From positions 14,751 through 78,750 of IMG/VR virus record IMGVR_UViG_3300044511_000233: a stretch of 64,000 nt of DNA. One strand, 5' to 3'. Source of the DNA: a virus. Made by a program: the position numbers and the translations under genes. This document shows, one piece after another, positions 35,896 through 45,248 of the stretch. A model generated the notes under the pieces. It had not been told where the DNA came from. It saw only the letters and a program-made list of their open reading frames with translations, and did not search any database. Within the stretch, counting starts at the first letter, position 1; every line of letters begins with the position of its first letter.

Positions 35896-36298
35896 CACTG
35901 CACTCGTCGCTCTTTTTGTCGCGACGTCACCTGCTTCAGCCAACTTGCACCCTTTTAATTGGCAGTGGATGTTCCGCGGCCCTGAAGCGAGACAGCCTTA
36001 TAAGACCGCTGTTACGATCACGCGGGCGTCCTGGTATGGCGGAGGCGAACGCCTGAGCCGACATAGCGCCAACGGCGAGCGCTTCAGTCCGAATGGACTG
36101 ACGGCTGCACATCGCAGCCTGCCTTTCGGAACGCGACTTCGTGTCTCCTACAACGGACGATCAGTCGTCGTGCGTGTCACGGATCGCGGCCCCGCAAAAC
36201 GTACTGGACGGTCGTTGGATCTATCTCGCCGCGCCGCGGCGCAGATCGGTCTGATCGGCGCCGGCGTAGGCGTGGTGCAGATGGAGGTGCTTCGTTGA
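35861..36298 (+). CDS. RlpA-like (DPBB) lytic transglycosylase with signal peptide
   Basis: ASWYG...SANGERF....LTAAHRSLPFGT.LRV...VVRVTDRGP....LDLS. Confidence 0.92.
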   Translation: MRSGFLIKLRLSTALVALFVATSPASANLHPFNWQWMFRGPEARQPYKTAVTITRASWYGGGERLSRHSANGERFSPNGLTAAHRSLPFGTRLRVSYNGRSVVVRVTDRGPAKRTGRSLDLSRRAAAQIGLIGAGVGVVQMEVLR

Positions 36299-37242
36299 CC
36301 TTCAAATTGCTTGGAGACACACATCTTGGTCGAGAATTTATCCGGAATGTCCCCCTGTCCCGTCGCGGAGAGCGCGAGCGGCTTGTCTGGGCCGATTTCA
36401 AAGCCCAACTCGATCCTTCAGGTTATTCTCAGCACATCATGCTCGGAGATCTCTTCGATCATTCCCGAGTATCATTTGAAACCATCGTGCGCGCGGCCCG
36501 TATCTACCGACAAACAGCTTCCGCAAGTCCAGACTGTCGATTCTTTATTCTAGCTGGTAACCACGACCTGTCTCGCGATCTTGAAGCGGTCTCGGCGTTC
36601 GAAGTTTTTGAGCTGCTTGTTGCTTCGATGAAGAACATCGTGGTTGTGAGGGAACCTCTCGTCGTCGATGACATGCTGCTCGTTGGATGGCACCCGACGA
36701 AGTCTGCAGCAGAGCTGGTTTCGTCGGTCACGCAAACCAGCCTGACATATTACTTCGGTCACAATGACGTCGACGCACGGTCAGACCCATTCAACCTGAT
36801 CCCCACCAAGGAGTTGGCGGCGCTGGGCGTCACTCACGCCTACACAGGGCACGATCACACACCGCGGCAGTTCTCCAGAGATGGCGTCGAAGTCATTCTG
36901 CCGGGGTCTCTGCAGCCGTATTCGCACGGGGAAGACCCCTGCGGCTATTTCTACGTCACCGTTTCGCTCGACGAGGTCACGCAAACCCCTGAACTCTTCA
37001 AAGACAAATGCGTTCGAATCCGGCTGAAGCCAGGGGAGATCTTCGATCTGCAGCTTGATTGTCTGCAGCTTCAGGTCGAACGGGCTGAGCAAACAGATCA
37101 GAGCGAAGATCTTGATGTGTCGCTCGGCGATTTTAATCTCCAGAAGATTTTTGATGATGTCGTCGAGGAGTTTTCACTCCCTGCGACTGTTGCCGAGCCT
37201 TTGAGAGAGAAATGGGCAACGACTTTCCGCTCCGAGGGTTGA
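36295..37242 (+). CDS. SbcD/Mre11-like nuclease
   Basis: GDTHLG, GDLFD, GNHD, GHDH; adjacent to SbcC. Confidence 0.85.
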   Translation: MTFKLLGDTHLGREFIRNVPLSRRGERERLVWADFKAQLDPSGYSQHIMLGDLFDHSRVSFETIVRAARIYRQTASASPDCRFFILAGNHDLSRDLEAVSAFEVFELLVASMKNIVVVREPLVVDDMLLVGWHPTKSAAELVSSVTQTSLTYYFGHNDVDARSDPFNLIPTKELAALGVTHAYTGHDHTPRQFSRDGVEVILPGSLQPYSHGEDPCGYFYVTVSLDEVTQTPELFKDKCVRIRLKPGEIFDLQLDCLQLQVERAEQTDQSEDLDVSLGDFNLQKIFDDVVEEFSLPATVAEPLREKWATTFRSEG

Positions 37243-37472
37243 GACTGATCCGTTCTAAAGTAGTCCTAGACTACGCCGAGTTCCAACTTCTGGAATACCT
37301 TATCGAACGTGCGGAGCAGAGGAATTATTGGGATTCGCTACTACGGGCCCGAGCGCATGATCACGTTGATCTGATGCTTCAGAACATCATCATGAAGACG
37401 CGATGGGCGGGGCTTGAGGAAGCACTGAAGAGGTTGAAGGAAGAGGTCGATGCTGAAGAGCCTGTTGTATAG
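37212..37472 (+). CDS. Hypothetical protein between sbcD and sbcC
   Basis: Overlaps both neighbours. Confidence 0.45.
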   Translation: MGNDFPLRGLRLIRSKVVLDYAEFQLLEYLIERAEQRNYWDSLLRARAHDHVDLMLQNIIMKTRWAGLEEALKRLKEEVDAEEPVV

Positions 37473-39444
37473 TGTCACTTTTCCGGCTACTGGACGCTCC
37501 CTAACGGGAGCGTTTGAGTTTGAGAAGGGCACTTACGCTATCACCGGAGTCAATGAGTCAGGCAAGTCATTCTGCATCGAGATGATCAGGTTCTGCCTTT
37601 TTGGCTCGGCGGCGCTTCGAGGGAAGGCCGACGATTATAAAGGCCTCACAGCGACCCTTAGCCTCGCGCTCAAAAACACCGATTACACAATCACACGCAC
37701 CCTCACGTCAGCTAAGATTGAGAGTGAGGGCGCCACGCTCGCGGTGGGTGTGAGGCCCACAAATTCAAAAATCCTCTCGATCTTGGGTTTTGATCTCAAC
37801 GTTTTCGATGTCGCGTGCTGCGCTAACCAAGCTGACATTACACGGTTCGGGGACCTTGGTTCGGCGGAACGTAAGCGCCTCGTCGATGATGTGATCGGGC
37901 TCAGCAAAATTGACACGATCGTCAAATGGGCGTCGGAGCAGCGACTGCTCCTCGGCCGGGAGGTCGAGGTGCTCGAGCGCGGGCTAGTCGAGCCGATCGT
38001 GCCGACGAAACTCGACAACTATGCACCGGCTGACGATTTGCAGCGACACGTCGTCTCGCTTCGTGAGCAGAAGTCAGAGTTTGACCGGCTCGTCGGGTGG
38101 TTGGTGCATGACCGCGTGGCGCCGATCGAACCGGCGGCGCCTGCGGTCGAGATGACCGAGGAGCAGCTCGAGGCCGAACTGGCGGCGATCGACGCCGCGG
38201 CGGCCGAGCGCCGGCACATCGAGCGTCTACCGATTGTCGACTTCGACGTCGCTGCGGTGCGTGCTGATTGGGAGGCATACGACCGCTATTTGGAACGTGA
38301 GCGGTTCGAGAGGACCCATCCGCTACCGTCACTGACACGCGAAGAGCTCCTTGCTCAGGAGCAGCAGGCCGAGCAATGGAGCCGATTGCAGGACCTGCGC
38401 GAGCAACACACGCGCGCGCTCGAATCTCTTGAAGTCGATTGCCCGAGCTGCGGCCACCATTTCCACCTTGATCATGCCAAGATTGCTGAACTGGAGGCGA
38501 TGATCGCCGAGATTGGCGCCGTGTTCGAACCCGCGTCAACATATCTTGAACGGCAAGCTGCAGCGCGTGAGCTTGAAGATTGGAACAATCCCGCGACGCT
38601 TACTGATTGGGAGCGCGTCAAGGACACCCCGCCCGCTGAACGCCCGCCCGTGGCCCGTGAGCGTCTCAAGGACGCCGTGGAGGGCATTACGCCCGCCGAA
38701 CGCGAGCGACGACTCAGCGAGCTCCCGCAGGGCCGCGATAGGGGCATTGTCGCGGGCGAGCTCCAGAGCCTGCGCGAGTGGCGCGTCCGCTGCGATCGAT
38801 ACGTGACGGACCTAGAGCAATTTCAGGCATGGAAATTGGAACACAACATTAAGGGGGTCCGTGCCGCGGAGCTCGCCCCCCTTATCGGGACGCTGCCGGA
38901 CATCGAGCGCCGCCTGAACGAGGCCCGGATCTACGAGCAGCAGCTCCTCGCCATCCATAAAGCAAAAGCGGACTATGACGCGCGCACCGCGGAGGTCGCC
39001 GGCAAGAAGACTGAGGTCGAAGCTTGGAAGACCGCCGGCGCCGTCCTCGCCGAGGTGCGGACGCGTGTGAAAACCTATCTCGTTCCCAGCCTCTCCAAAG
39101 TGGCGAGCCATCTGCTTTCGCAGATGACGGGGGGTCAGCGATCATCGATCATGGTCGATGAGAACTTCGAGATCATGGTCGACGGGCAGCGGCTCGACAC
39201 ACTGTCTGGATCTGGGAAAGCGTGCGCCAATCTAGCGCTGCGCATTGGGCTCGGGCAGGTGCTGACGAACAACGTCTTGTCGCTCTTCATCGGCGACGAG
39301 ATTGACGCGTCAATGGATGAAGATCGTGCGGCATCGACACAAGACTCTCTAGGGAGTCTGACGCAATCGATCTCCCAAATCATTCTGGTTACTCATAAGA
39401 TTCCTCAAGCCGACAAGGTAATTCGCCTGATGGCTGGAGGATAA
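37450..39444 (+). CDS. SbcC/Rad50-like ATPase
   Basis: GVNESGKS, CPSC hook, LSGSGK signature, DEID, VTH. Confidence 0.9.
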   Translation: MLKSLLYSVTFPATGRSLTGAFEFEKGTYAITGVNESGKSFCIEMIRFCLFGSAALRGKADDYKGLTATLSLALKNTDYTITRTLTSAKIESEGATLAVGVRPTNSKILSILGFDLNVFDVACCANQADITRFGDLGSAERKRLVDDVIGLSKIDTIVKWASEQRLLLGREVEVLERGLVEPIVPTKLDNYAPADDLQRHVVSLREQKSEFDRLVGWLVHDRVAPIEPAAPAVEMTEEQLEAELAAIDAAAAERRHIERLPIVDFDVAAVRADWEAYDRYLERERFERTHPLPSLTREELLAQEQQAEQWSRLQDLREQHTRALESLEVDCPSCGHHFHLDHAKIAELEAMIAEIGAVFEPASTYLERQAAARELEDWNNPATLTDWERVKDTPPAERPPVARERLKDAVEGITPAERERRLSELPQGRDRGIVAGELQSLREWRVRCDRYVTDLEQFQAWKLEHNIKGVRAAELAPLIGTLPDIERRLNEARIYEQQLLAIHKAKADYDARTAEVAGKKTEVEAWKTAGAVLAEVRTRVKTYLVPSLSKVASHLLSQMTGGQRSSIMVDENFEIMVDGQRLDTLSGSGKACANLALRIGLGQVLTNNVLSLFIGDEIDASMDEDRAASTQDSLGSLTQSISQIILVTHKIPQADKVIRLMAGG

Positions 39445-39447
39445 GTT

Positions 39448-39849
39448 GTGAATGACGAGCTACTGCGGCAGGAGCTGAAGAGGCATAGTTATAACGTTTC
39501 AAAAACAGCCAGGGTTCTTGGGATCGATTACTTTGATCTAGTGAAACGACTTCACCCATCGAACGAGTCGATGCGCCAACTCACCATTCCGAAAGGAGGG
39601 TATCCCGAGGACATCACGACGCTTGGGAAGCCTGGGATGGAAAGTTATGTCATCGCGGTGAAGAAGATCACCTACAATTGGCCCGTCCAGTTCATGAATG
39701 CGATCCATAACGCTCGTCGAAAATACGACGACGGCACTCATGAGATGTGTCAAGAAACTCGTTCTGATGGGTGGATCGTTCTGTATCTCATCCCGCGCAA
39801 GCACCCCGACAAGAACCGTCAACCCTACTTCTTCAGGCGGGGGGTGTGA
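39448..39849 (+). CDS. Protein with N-terminal Fis-like HTH
   Basis: L.R..YNVSKTARVLGI....L..RL. Confidence 0.6.
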   Translation: MNDELLRQELKRHSYNVSKTARVLGIDYFDLVKRLHPSNESMRQLTIPKGGYPEDITTLGKPGMESYVIAVKKITYNWPVQFMNAIHNARRKYDDGTHEMCQETRSDGWIVLYLIPRKHPDKNRQPYFFRRGV

Positions 39850-40073
39850 TGCAGAAGAGACGTCACTCTATTTGGGAAGCCCTGCTGAACACAATATCGG
39901 GGTTTTTGGTCTCGTTCTTCCTATCGCTTGCTGTGCTTCCGCTGTTCGGGTTCCCTGCGTCGGCTGGACAAGCTTTCAGCATCACTATGATCTTCACCGT
40001 TGTTTCGATCGTGAGGTCATACTTCTGGCGCCGCCTGTTCAACTGGCTGCATGTGACGGGGAGGTTGTCATGA
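39849..40073 (+). CDS. Small two-TM phage membrane protein
   Basis: Q.RRHS..EA..N...GF...FT..SI.RSY..RRLFN. Confidence 0.75.
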   Translation: MQKRRHSIWEALLNTISGFLVSFFLSLAVLPLFGFPASAGQAFSITMIFTVVSIVRSYFWRRLFNWLHVTGRLS

Positions 40074-40483
40074 GCGCTCTTCGTTTCAACAAGGGAAAGT
40101 TCTTGATGTCGCTCGTGCCGACGTCGCTGCTCCGCTACACTGCTGCAGGACTGACCTACGGCGCCATCAAGTATAACAAAGACAATTGGCGCACGGGGTT
40201 CGAATATCGATCCTTGCTCGACTCTCTCAAGCGCCACCTTTCGGACTTCGAAGACGGCAAGGACTTCGACGAGGAGAGCGGCCTTCCTTCACTGGCGCTG
40301 ATCGCCACCAACCTTGCGTTTCTGATCGAACATTGGGACAAGGGGCTGGGGAATGATGATCGAGTGATCGTCGGAGAGGGGAGAGTCCTGGAGTTCAAAA
40401 CGCCGAAGTTGGACTCGAAAGATCTAACGGCGGAAGAGCTTCAGAAGCTGTTGGAAGAGGGGACCGTCGTCCATGACCGCTGA
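40070..40483 (+). CDS. dATP/dGTP diphosphohydrolase-like protein (DUF5664 type)
   Basis: RFN.GK..SL.P...YGA.KY..DNW..G...SL.RH....G.D.DEESGL. Confidence 0.85.
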   Translation: MSALRFNKGKFLMSLVPTSLLRYTAAGLTYGAIKYNKDNWRTGFEYRSLLDSLKRHLSDFEDGKDFDEESGLPSLALIATNLAFLIEHWDKGLGNDDRVIVGEGRVLEFKTPKLDSKDLTAEELQKLLEEGTVVHDR

Positions 40484-40632
40484 GGAAGAACTCATCACGA
40501 AGGTTGCACTTGCGATAAGCGGATCGGGCGTCGTGTCTCCTGCATCACTGCGGAAGGCGCGCGCCGCCGTTGATGTTGCTCGCCCTATTATCGAGCGAGA
40601 GATACTGGAGAAGATGGGAACAAGCGCTACAG

Positions 40633-40869
40633 TTAGCGTGAAACACTCTCCAAGGGCACAACCTCTCCCCGAGGTGCCTTAAAGCTACATCGGATGGCCT
40701 GCAGCATACGCAGACCCTCCTTTTTCAAGTCCTCATTCTGAACTGTGTCCAGCGTCTTAACCAATGACGCGTAGGCCATTGCGCGCGCGGCTACCTGATC
40801 CTCGATCGCTAGAGGGTCGAGACCTTCACTCTCCGTCTCGTCGCTCACGGGCTTTTCTCCAGATCTCAA
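40633..40869 (-). CDS. Hypothetical protein at end of late operon
   Basis: Overlaps the holin 3' end; converges on the + strand operon. Confidence 0.5.
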   Translation of the reverse strand: MRSGEKPVSDETESEGLDPLAIEDQVAARAMAYASLVKTLDTVQNEDLKKEGLRMLQAIRCSFKAPRGEVVPLESVSR

Positions 40870-41071
40870 TCCAAACCTGGATGGTCTTGGACATCACGAA
40901 GACCCCCGCCAGCCACGGGCCGAGCAGCACGGGGATGTCGTGCGTTTCCTGTAACCATTTGACCCACCACGGAGCTGAGCCGACAGCCCCAGCCGCGGCG
41001 AGCGCGATCTTGTCGCTGATCGTTGGAAACAGGTCGTTCAGGGCCTGCAAATGATGCTGCGGAGTCGACAT
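40826..41071 (-). CDS. Putative holin
   Basis: 81 aa, hydrophobic segments, charged C-tail, within the lysis cassette. Confidence 0.6.
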   Translation of the reverse strand: MSTPQHHLQALNDLFPTISDKIALAAAGAVGSAPWWVKWLQETHDIPVLLGPWLAGVFVMSKTIQVWIEIWRKARERRDGE

Positions 41072-41388
41072 TAGAATATCTCCCACCACGCTTTGGTTTT
41101 GGGCTCAGGCGCCGCAAGCCGCTCGTCACGATCCTGACGCCAGTCGACAAGAGCCTTCTGACGACCGGCGCAGTCGACAAGGTATGCCCGATCGCGGCTC
41201 CAGAGCCTCTCCGCCTCGCCCGCGCTCACGGCGCGGCCCGGAAGCACGCCTGGACGACGACACGGCTCCTCCAGAGGAGCCGGCGGGGGCGAGAGCGTGG
41301 GTGGGGCGCTAACGTACTTTGTTGAGCCGGCGCATCCCGTCAGCGTCAAAACAAGCGCGAGCATCGTTGCGGTGCGAGTCAGCGTCAT
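41071..41388 (-). CDS. o-spanin (Rz1-like lipoprotein)
   Basis: Lipobox LTGC, Pro-rich, two further Cys; overlaps the i-spanin 3' end. Confidence 0.85.
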   Translation of the reverse strand: MTLTRTATMLALVLTLTGCAGSTKYVSAPPTLSPPPAPLEEPCRRPGVLPGRAVSAGEAERLWSRDRAYLVDCAGRQKALVDWRQDRDERLAAPEPKTKAWWEIF

Positions 41389-41680
41389 TTTCGGCAAGCC
41401 TCTTCTCAACGTCAGTCTTCTCGGCGCGCAGCGTCTTGATGGTGCGATCCGCCTGAATACGAGCAGCCTCGAGCGCGTCGAGCTGCCGTTCCTGTTCCGC
41501 CGCCGCGGCGGCAGTGATCTGCTGCTCACGCGCGTTGTAAGTCTCGCGCCATTTGGCGGAGGTCGAGAGGTGCGCCCAAAGAGCCCCGATGCTGAGGCCG
41601 ATGATGAGGGCGCCAATCCAGGTGGTGGCAAACTCGAAGACCTTGGACGCGATCGTCTTCAGGATCAGGACATAGCTCAC
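41309..41680 (-). CDS. i-spanin (Rz-like)
   Basis: N-terminal TM, coiled coil, C-terminal Cys. Confidence 0.85.
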   Translation of the reverse strand: MSYVLILKTIASKVFEFATTWIGALIIGLSIGALWAHLSTSAKWRETYNAREQQITAAAAAEQERQLDALEAARIQADRTIKTLRAEKTDVEKRLAENDADSHRNDARACFDADGMRRLNKVR

Positions 41681-42708
41681 TGTGGCAGATCCCCATTTTG
41701 CGCCTTCTTGACGCGTTCATCGATGATCGTGTGGATCGCGTTCCAGCCGTAGTAGAGGGTCACGAGGAACACGACGGCGGCGAGCGCGCCGAGGATGATG
41801 ATCCAGTGCGACGCAAACCACTCGGCGATGTCTGATAGGGCCGAGACGCTGTCCTTAGCCTGTGAGACGGCGTCAGCCGTTTCTGAGATGCTTTGCGCGG
41901 TAGTCTGAACCTGATCCAGCGTGCCTTGCGGATCGGACACTACCGTGCCAGCCGTGCCGGCGCCGGTGACGGCGCCAGTGACAACGACCTTCTTGAGCAT
42001 TGACGCCGCTTCCGCCGTCTTCGAGCCCATGGCGAGCAGATCTTTATTGGTCAGCTCCTCGAGGGGTTTCGCCTCGGCGGAACGGTCGTGCATGACGGCG
42101 GATTTGAAGTGCGCCATCGGGAATGCGGGACCGGGGTCGCTCTTGCGCGTCGGCGCAATGTCCTCGTGCCCGACGATATTCTCCTCGGCGATGTTATAGG
42201 TGTGCTGGATCGCGCGAGAGACCTCGATCAGAGCATCGAGCTGCTCCTGCGGATACTCCTGCCAGTGCGTCGTTGACGGCCACAGCTTCTGCCGACCTTC
42301 GACGGCTTCCTTCTTTGGACACTCACGCGACTTCGCGACCTCGAAATAGAACTTGCCATCTCCCTTCTTGACGAGCGGTCCGGCGTTGACAAGCTCGATG
42401 CCGATCATGAAGCCGTTGCACATTTGGCGCCCGCGCCAGGATGATGGTCCGGCGTGCCAACACACGGCGCTCAGGGGCGCGAGCTGGTAGACGGTCCCGT
42501 CCCGATCGATGACAAGATGCGCGGAGGCCTTTGCGGAGCCGGTTGTCAGAGTGGAGATAGCGCTCTCGGCGTTTAGAGAGGCTGTATAATGGATGGTGAG
42601 GCCTATAGGTGTTTTGAGAACACGCCCTGAAGACAACTTTTTCGTCGGCCGTTGGTCGACCTTCTCACCATTGTGATACAGGAGATGGTTCTTGATCGAG
42701 AAGGTCAT
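41677..42708 (-). CDS. Endolysin, N-acetylmuramoyl-L-alanine amidase (Amidase_2) with C-terminal TM region
   Basis: IHYTA, SAHLVI, WHAG, IGIE, GHEDIAP.RK.DPG. Confidence 0.93.
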   Translation of the reverse strand: MTFSIKNHLLYHNGEKVDQRPTKKLSSGRVLKTPIGLTIHYTASLNAESAISTLTTGSAKASAHLVIDRDGTVYQLAPLSAVCWHAGPSSWRGRQMCNGFMIGIELVNAGPLVKKGDGKFYFEVAKSRECPKKEAVEGRQKLWPSTTHWQEYPQEQLDALIEVSRAIQHTYNIAEENIVGHEDIAPTRKSDPGPAFPMAHFKSAVMHDRSAEAKPLEELTNKDLLAMGSKTAEAASMLKKVVVTGAVTGAGTAGTVVSDPQGTLDQVQTTAQSISETADAVSQAKDSVSALSDIAEWFASHWIIILGALAAVVFLVTLYYGWNAIHTIIDERVKKAQNGDLPQ

Positions 42709-42710
42709 AA

Positions 42711-43259
42711 TTAACTCCGTGCGAACTCGCCGAAATGCCTCTGCGCTGCCTCGGCGTATTTTGCTGAGGCAAGTTCTGCAGAAGTAAACGTGCCAAGATA
42801 GATAGGCTTACCCAGAACGGTAATGCGGGCGATGTAGTTCCCAGATGTTACCTGTCGGACACCCTTGACCCCGAGCTCATTATCGCAACGGGCGGTCATA
42901 TTCGCCTTGTTTTGGGAATGAGTAGCCTTGCGAATATTGTCCCACTTATTATTGTTCCGGGTAAGGTCTCGATGATCAATTTTGTCTGAGGGCCATAACC
43001 CTGTCATCCAGAACCATGCGAGTATGTGGGCTTTATAAGAACGTTCAAAAATTTCTATCTGGACATACCCTTCATTGTTAAGCGAACCTGCTTGGGTTCC
43101 AGCCCAGCAAAAGTTCCATTGCCGACAGGTTCGTTCAGCAGGACGTTTTTCCGTATTACGGAAAAGGTCAGGTGTCCGAACACGCCAAGTGAACACACCT
43201 GTTTCAGGGTCGTAATCCAGCAGCCGTTTGAGAAGCTCTTGGGTGAGTTCGCGCTTCAT
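42711..43259 (-). CDS. HNH-AP2 homing endonuclease
   Basis: LDYDPETG, AH..AW, IDHRD...NN...NIR, GVKGV, YLG.F. Confidence 0.9.
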   Translation of the reverse strand: MKRELTQELLKRLLDYDPETGVFTWRVRTPDLFRNTEKRPAERTCRQWNFCWAGTQAGSLNNEGYVQIEIFERSYKAHILAWFWMTGLWPSDKIDHRDLTRNNNKWDNIRKATHSQNKANMTARCDNELGVKGVRQVTSGNYIARITVLGKPIYLGTFTSAELASAKYAEAAQRHFGEFARS

Positions 43260-43435
43260 TTGCGTTCCCCCACAACCTGTGCAGGGGGCGCGTCTCCATA
43301 AATTTCGACGTAGGCCGCTCGGATTTGCTGCAACAGCCAATCGCTGGACGACGTCTTCTTCAGACGCGCAAGAGCCGCCAGCTTCAGGCGGTCTTCCAAG
43401 GTCCCGTAAGATGCGATCAAAACGCTGCGAGCCAT
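43256..43435 (-). CDS. 59-aa ribbon-helix-helix-like protein (not in ORF track)
   Basis: MARSVLIASYGTLEDRLKLAALARLKKTSSSDWLLQQIRAAYVEIYG...; ATGA overlap with the HNH start. Confidence 0.65.
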   Translation of the reverse strand: MARSVLIASYGTLEDRLKLAALARLKKTSSSDWLLQQIRAAYVEIYGDAPPAQVVGERK

Positions 43436-43455
43436 GCCAAACCATATGGTTTGGC
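43436..43455. promoter_or_regulatory. Perfect 20-bp palindrome abutting the RHH start codon
   Basis: GCCAAACCAT|ATGGTTTGGC. Confidence 0.7.
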
Positions 43456-43477
43456 GTGCTAGTAAGGTTTAGTAGGG

Positions 43478-44938
43478 CTACAACTCTGAGCTCGCTTCAA
43501 GCAATGTCGTGGACGTCAAACCGCCCAACGCAGGTTGACCTGCAATCAGACCGGAGAATCCCCCCAGCGATGTTTGAAAACTATTGACCGTCGTAGTGTC
43601 TCCCGTTTTACTCAGTGCAGCAGCAGCAGGGAATGATGTTCCGATCAAAAACTCGTTCGTCCCATTTAAGGATGTAACGATTAGCGCCAAAGTAGGGGAG
43701 GCTCTTTTGACGCTTAGTCGCCCGGCAACTCTCACTTGGGTGGTTGATGTGACAATGCCAGACAGGCCTTGCAGAGGGACCCTCTCATAATAGTGCAGAC
43801 AATCAGCAAGGATATGGGAGTAGCTACAATATTCAAAGGGTGTTGCAATCGAACCGATCTCACACTGCAGACTGCTGAACTTGGCGGTGATATTACCCGG
43901 AGCACCAACTTTCATTAGATATAACTGGAACGAACACCCATTAATGAGGTTGGCTGTATTCGCTGATGGGATTATAACCGTTACTTTCCCGGCACTACTG
44001 GGAGGAGTGAATGCAATTGTCGCGGCCGTTGTGGTATAATCATTTGAATCTACCCCAGAATTAGTCAGTAGAATTAGCTGCCCAGATATGGTTCCGGCAC
44101 TAGGCACTGCCTCAAGATCAAACGAGACGGCGATAGATTGTCCTGCAGCATGTCGAACCGCATTACTGGAAAGCCGTTGCTCTAAAATAAGATTACCATT
44201 TACAGCTACAGCCGTCGCCTGAAGTTGGATCGCTTTTGGGGAACGAAACCCTATCGGCGATGCTACTTGAGAAACTGACATCGAAGCGACGCTTGTCGAC
44301 AGTCTCCATCGATCCGTAAGATATTTAGGTGTCCCTGCCACTACGGTCGTCGCTGTTCCTCGTTGCCACACATCGAGAGAACCGTTGATGAAGAGGTTCC
44401 TTCCTGAGTAACCAGGAGAGCTAAGGCCGAATGGATGATCAACGACGCCGGTCGTCTTGTCGATCTGGATTGTGTCCAGCAGAGACCCATCAACGGCGCC
44501 CGAGGCGCCGACAGCGATCGAAGGAACGCCTCCAGATATTTTGATCTTCAGACGGGCCGTTGAGTCGTCGATCGTGCGACTAAGATCCGGATCTGTGTCT
44601 GTTCCCTGATTAAGCAAGTCCTGGATCGCCTTCGCCACCGAGCCCTGAGCAGGGATCGACATGCGGATGATCGCGTAGGCGACGCCGGTTTGAGCTGTTG
44701 CCGTCCATGGCCGCGCCAGTTTCAGATGCGTGGCATCCGTCACTTCGACGATCGGAATCGCGTCGATGCCGTCGACGATAAAAAGGTCGCCACGGCCGGC
44801 GACGTATTCTGAAACGAGTGTGTTGGGGTTTGTGGTGACGAGCTGCGTCCCGGCGACTGTAACGTCGCGAGAACCATTGGCGATCGTCGCCGCGCCTTGT
44901 GTCCAATCTGGGAGACCGCGGCCTGAAACGATCGGCAT
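43478..44938 (-). CDS. Tail fibre / receptor-binding protein
   Basis: N-terminal G..TIANGS..VT..GT anchor; RNLFINGSLDVWQRG carbohydrate-binding-like domain; lower-GC 3' part. Confidence 0.8.
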   Translation of the reverse strand: MPIVSGRGLPDWTQGAATIANGSRDVTVAGTQLVTTNPNTLVSEYVAGRGDLFIVDGIDAIPIVEVTDATHLKLARPWTATAQTGVAYAIIRMSIPAQGSVAKAIQDLLNQGTDTDPDLSRTIDDSTARLKIKISGGVPSIAVGASGAVDGSLLDTIQIDKTTGVVDHPFGLSSPGYSGRNLFINGSLDVWQRGTATTVVAGTPKYLTDRWRLSTSVASMSVSQVASPIGFRSPKAIQLQATAVAVNGNLILEQRLSSNAVRHAAGQSIAVSFDLEAVPSAGTISGQLILLTNSGVDSNDYTTTAATIAFTPPSSAGKVTVIIPSANTANLINGCSFQLYLMKVGAPGNITAKFSSLQCEIGSIATPFEYCSYSHILADCLHYYERVPLQGLSGIVTSTTQVRVAGRLSVKRASPTLALIVTSLNGTNEFLIGTSFPAAAALSKTGDTTTVNSFQTSLGGFSGLIAGQPALGGLTSTTLLEASSEL

Positions 44939-44942
44939 TTCT

Positions 44943-45248
44943 CTACCTCAATGCTTTCTCGGAAGTTGCATTGCGGATATGGTGCTTGCTCGCTTGACGA
45001 TCAACCTCGATCTGCGCAAGCACCGCGTTGGCGCGAGCCGCGTTCTGAATAATCAGCGCCTTCAGTTCACCCACGGTGATCCCGCGCATTGCAGCCTCAG
45101 CAACAAGAGTAGGGTGATTGCCTTTGCGCTTCGCCCACTTTAGCTTCTCGCTATAAAGCACCTGCAACAACGGGGCATATTGCGCATCGAGCTGAGTAAG
45201 CGCATTCTGCCGCAATGGCTCGAGATCAATTTTGGATGATAGCTTCAA
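44943..45248 (-). CDS. Tail fibre accessory/chaperone
   Basis: P.L.AEA..RGIT..EL...I pattern; position. Confidence 0.6.
   Translation of the reverse strand: MKLSSKIDLEPLRQNALTQLDAQYAPLLQVLYSEKLKWAKRKGNHPTLVAEAAMRGITVGELKALIIQNAARANAVLAQIEVDRQASKHHIRNATSEKALR

Noticed and set aside
27226-40483. Z-genome (2-aminoadenine) or other hypermodification pathway
   Set aside because: Pol A, MazG-like and diphosphohydrolase genes are present, but no PurZ, queuosine-pathway or glycosyltransferase gene is seen in the window.
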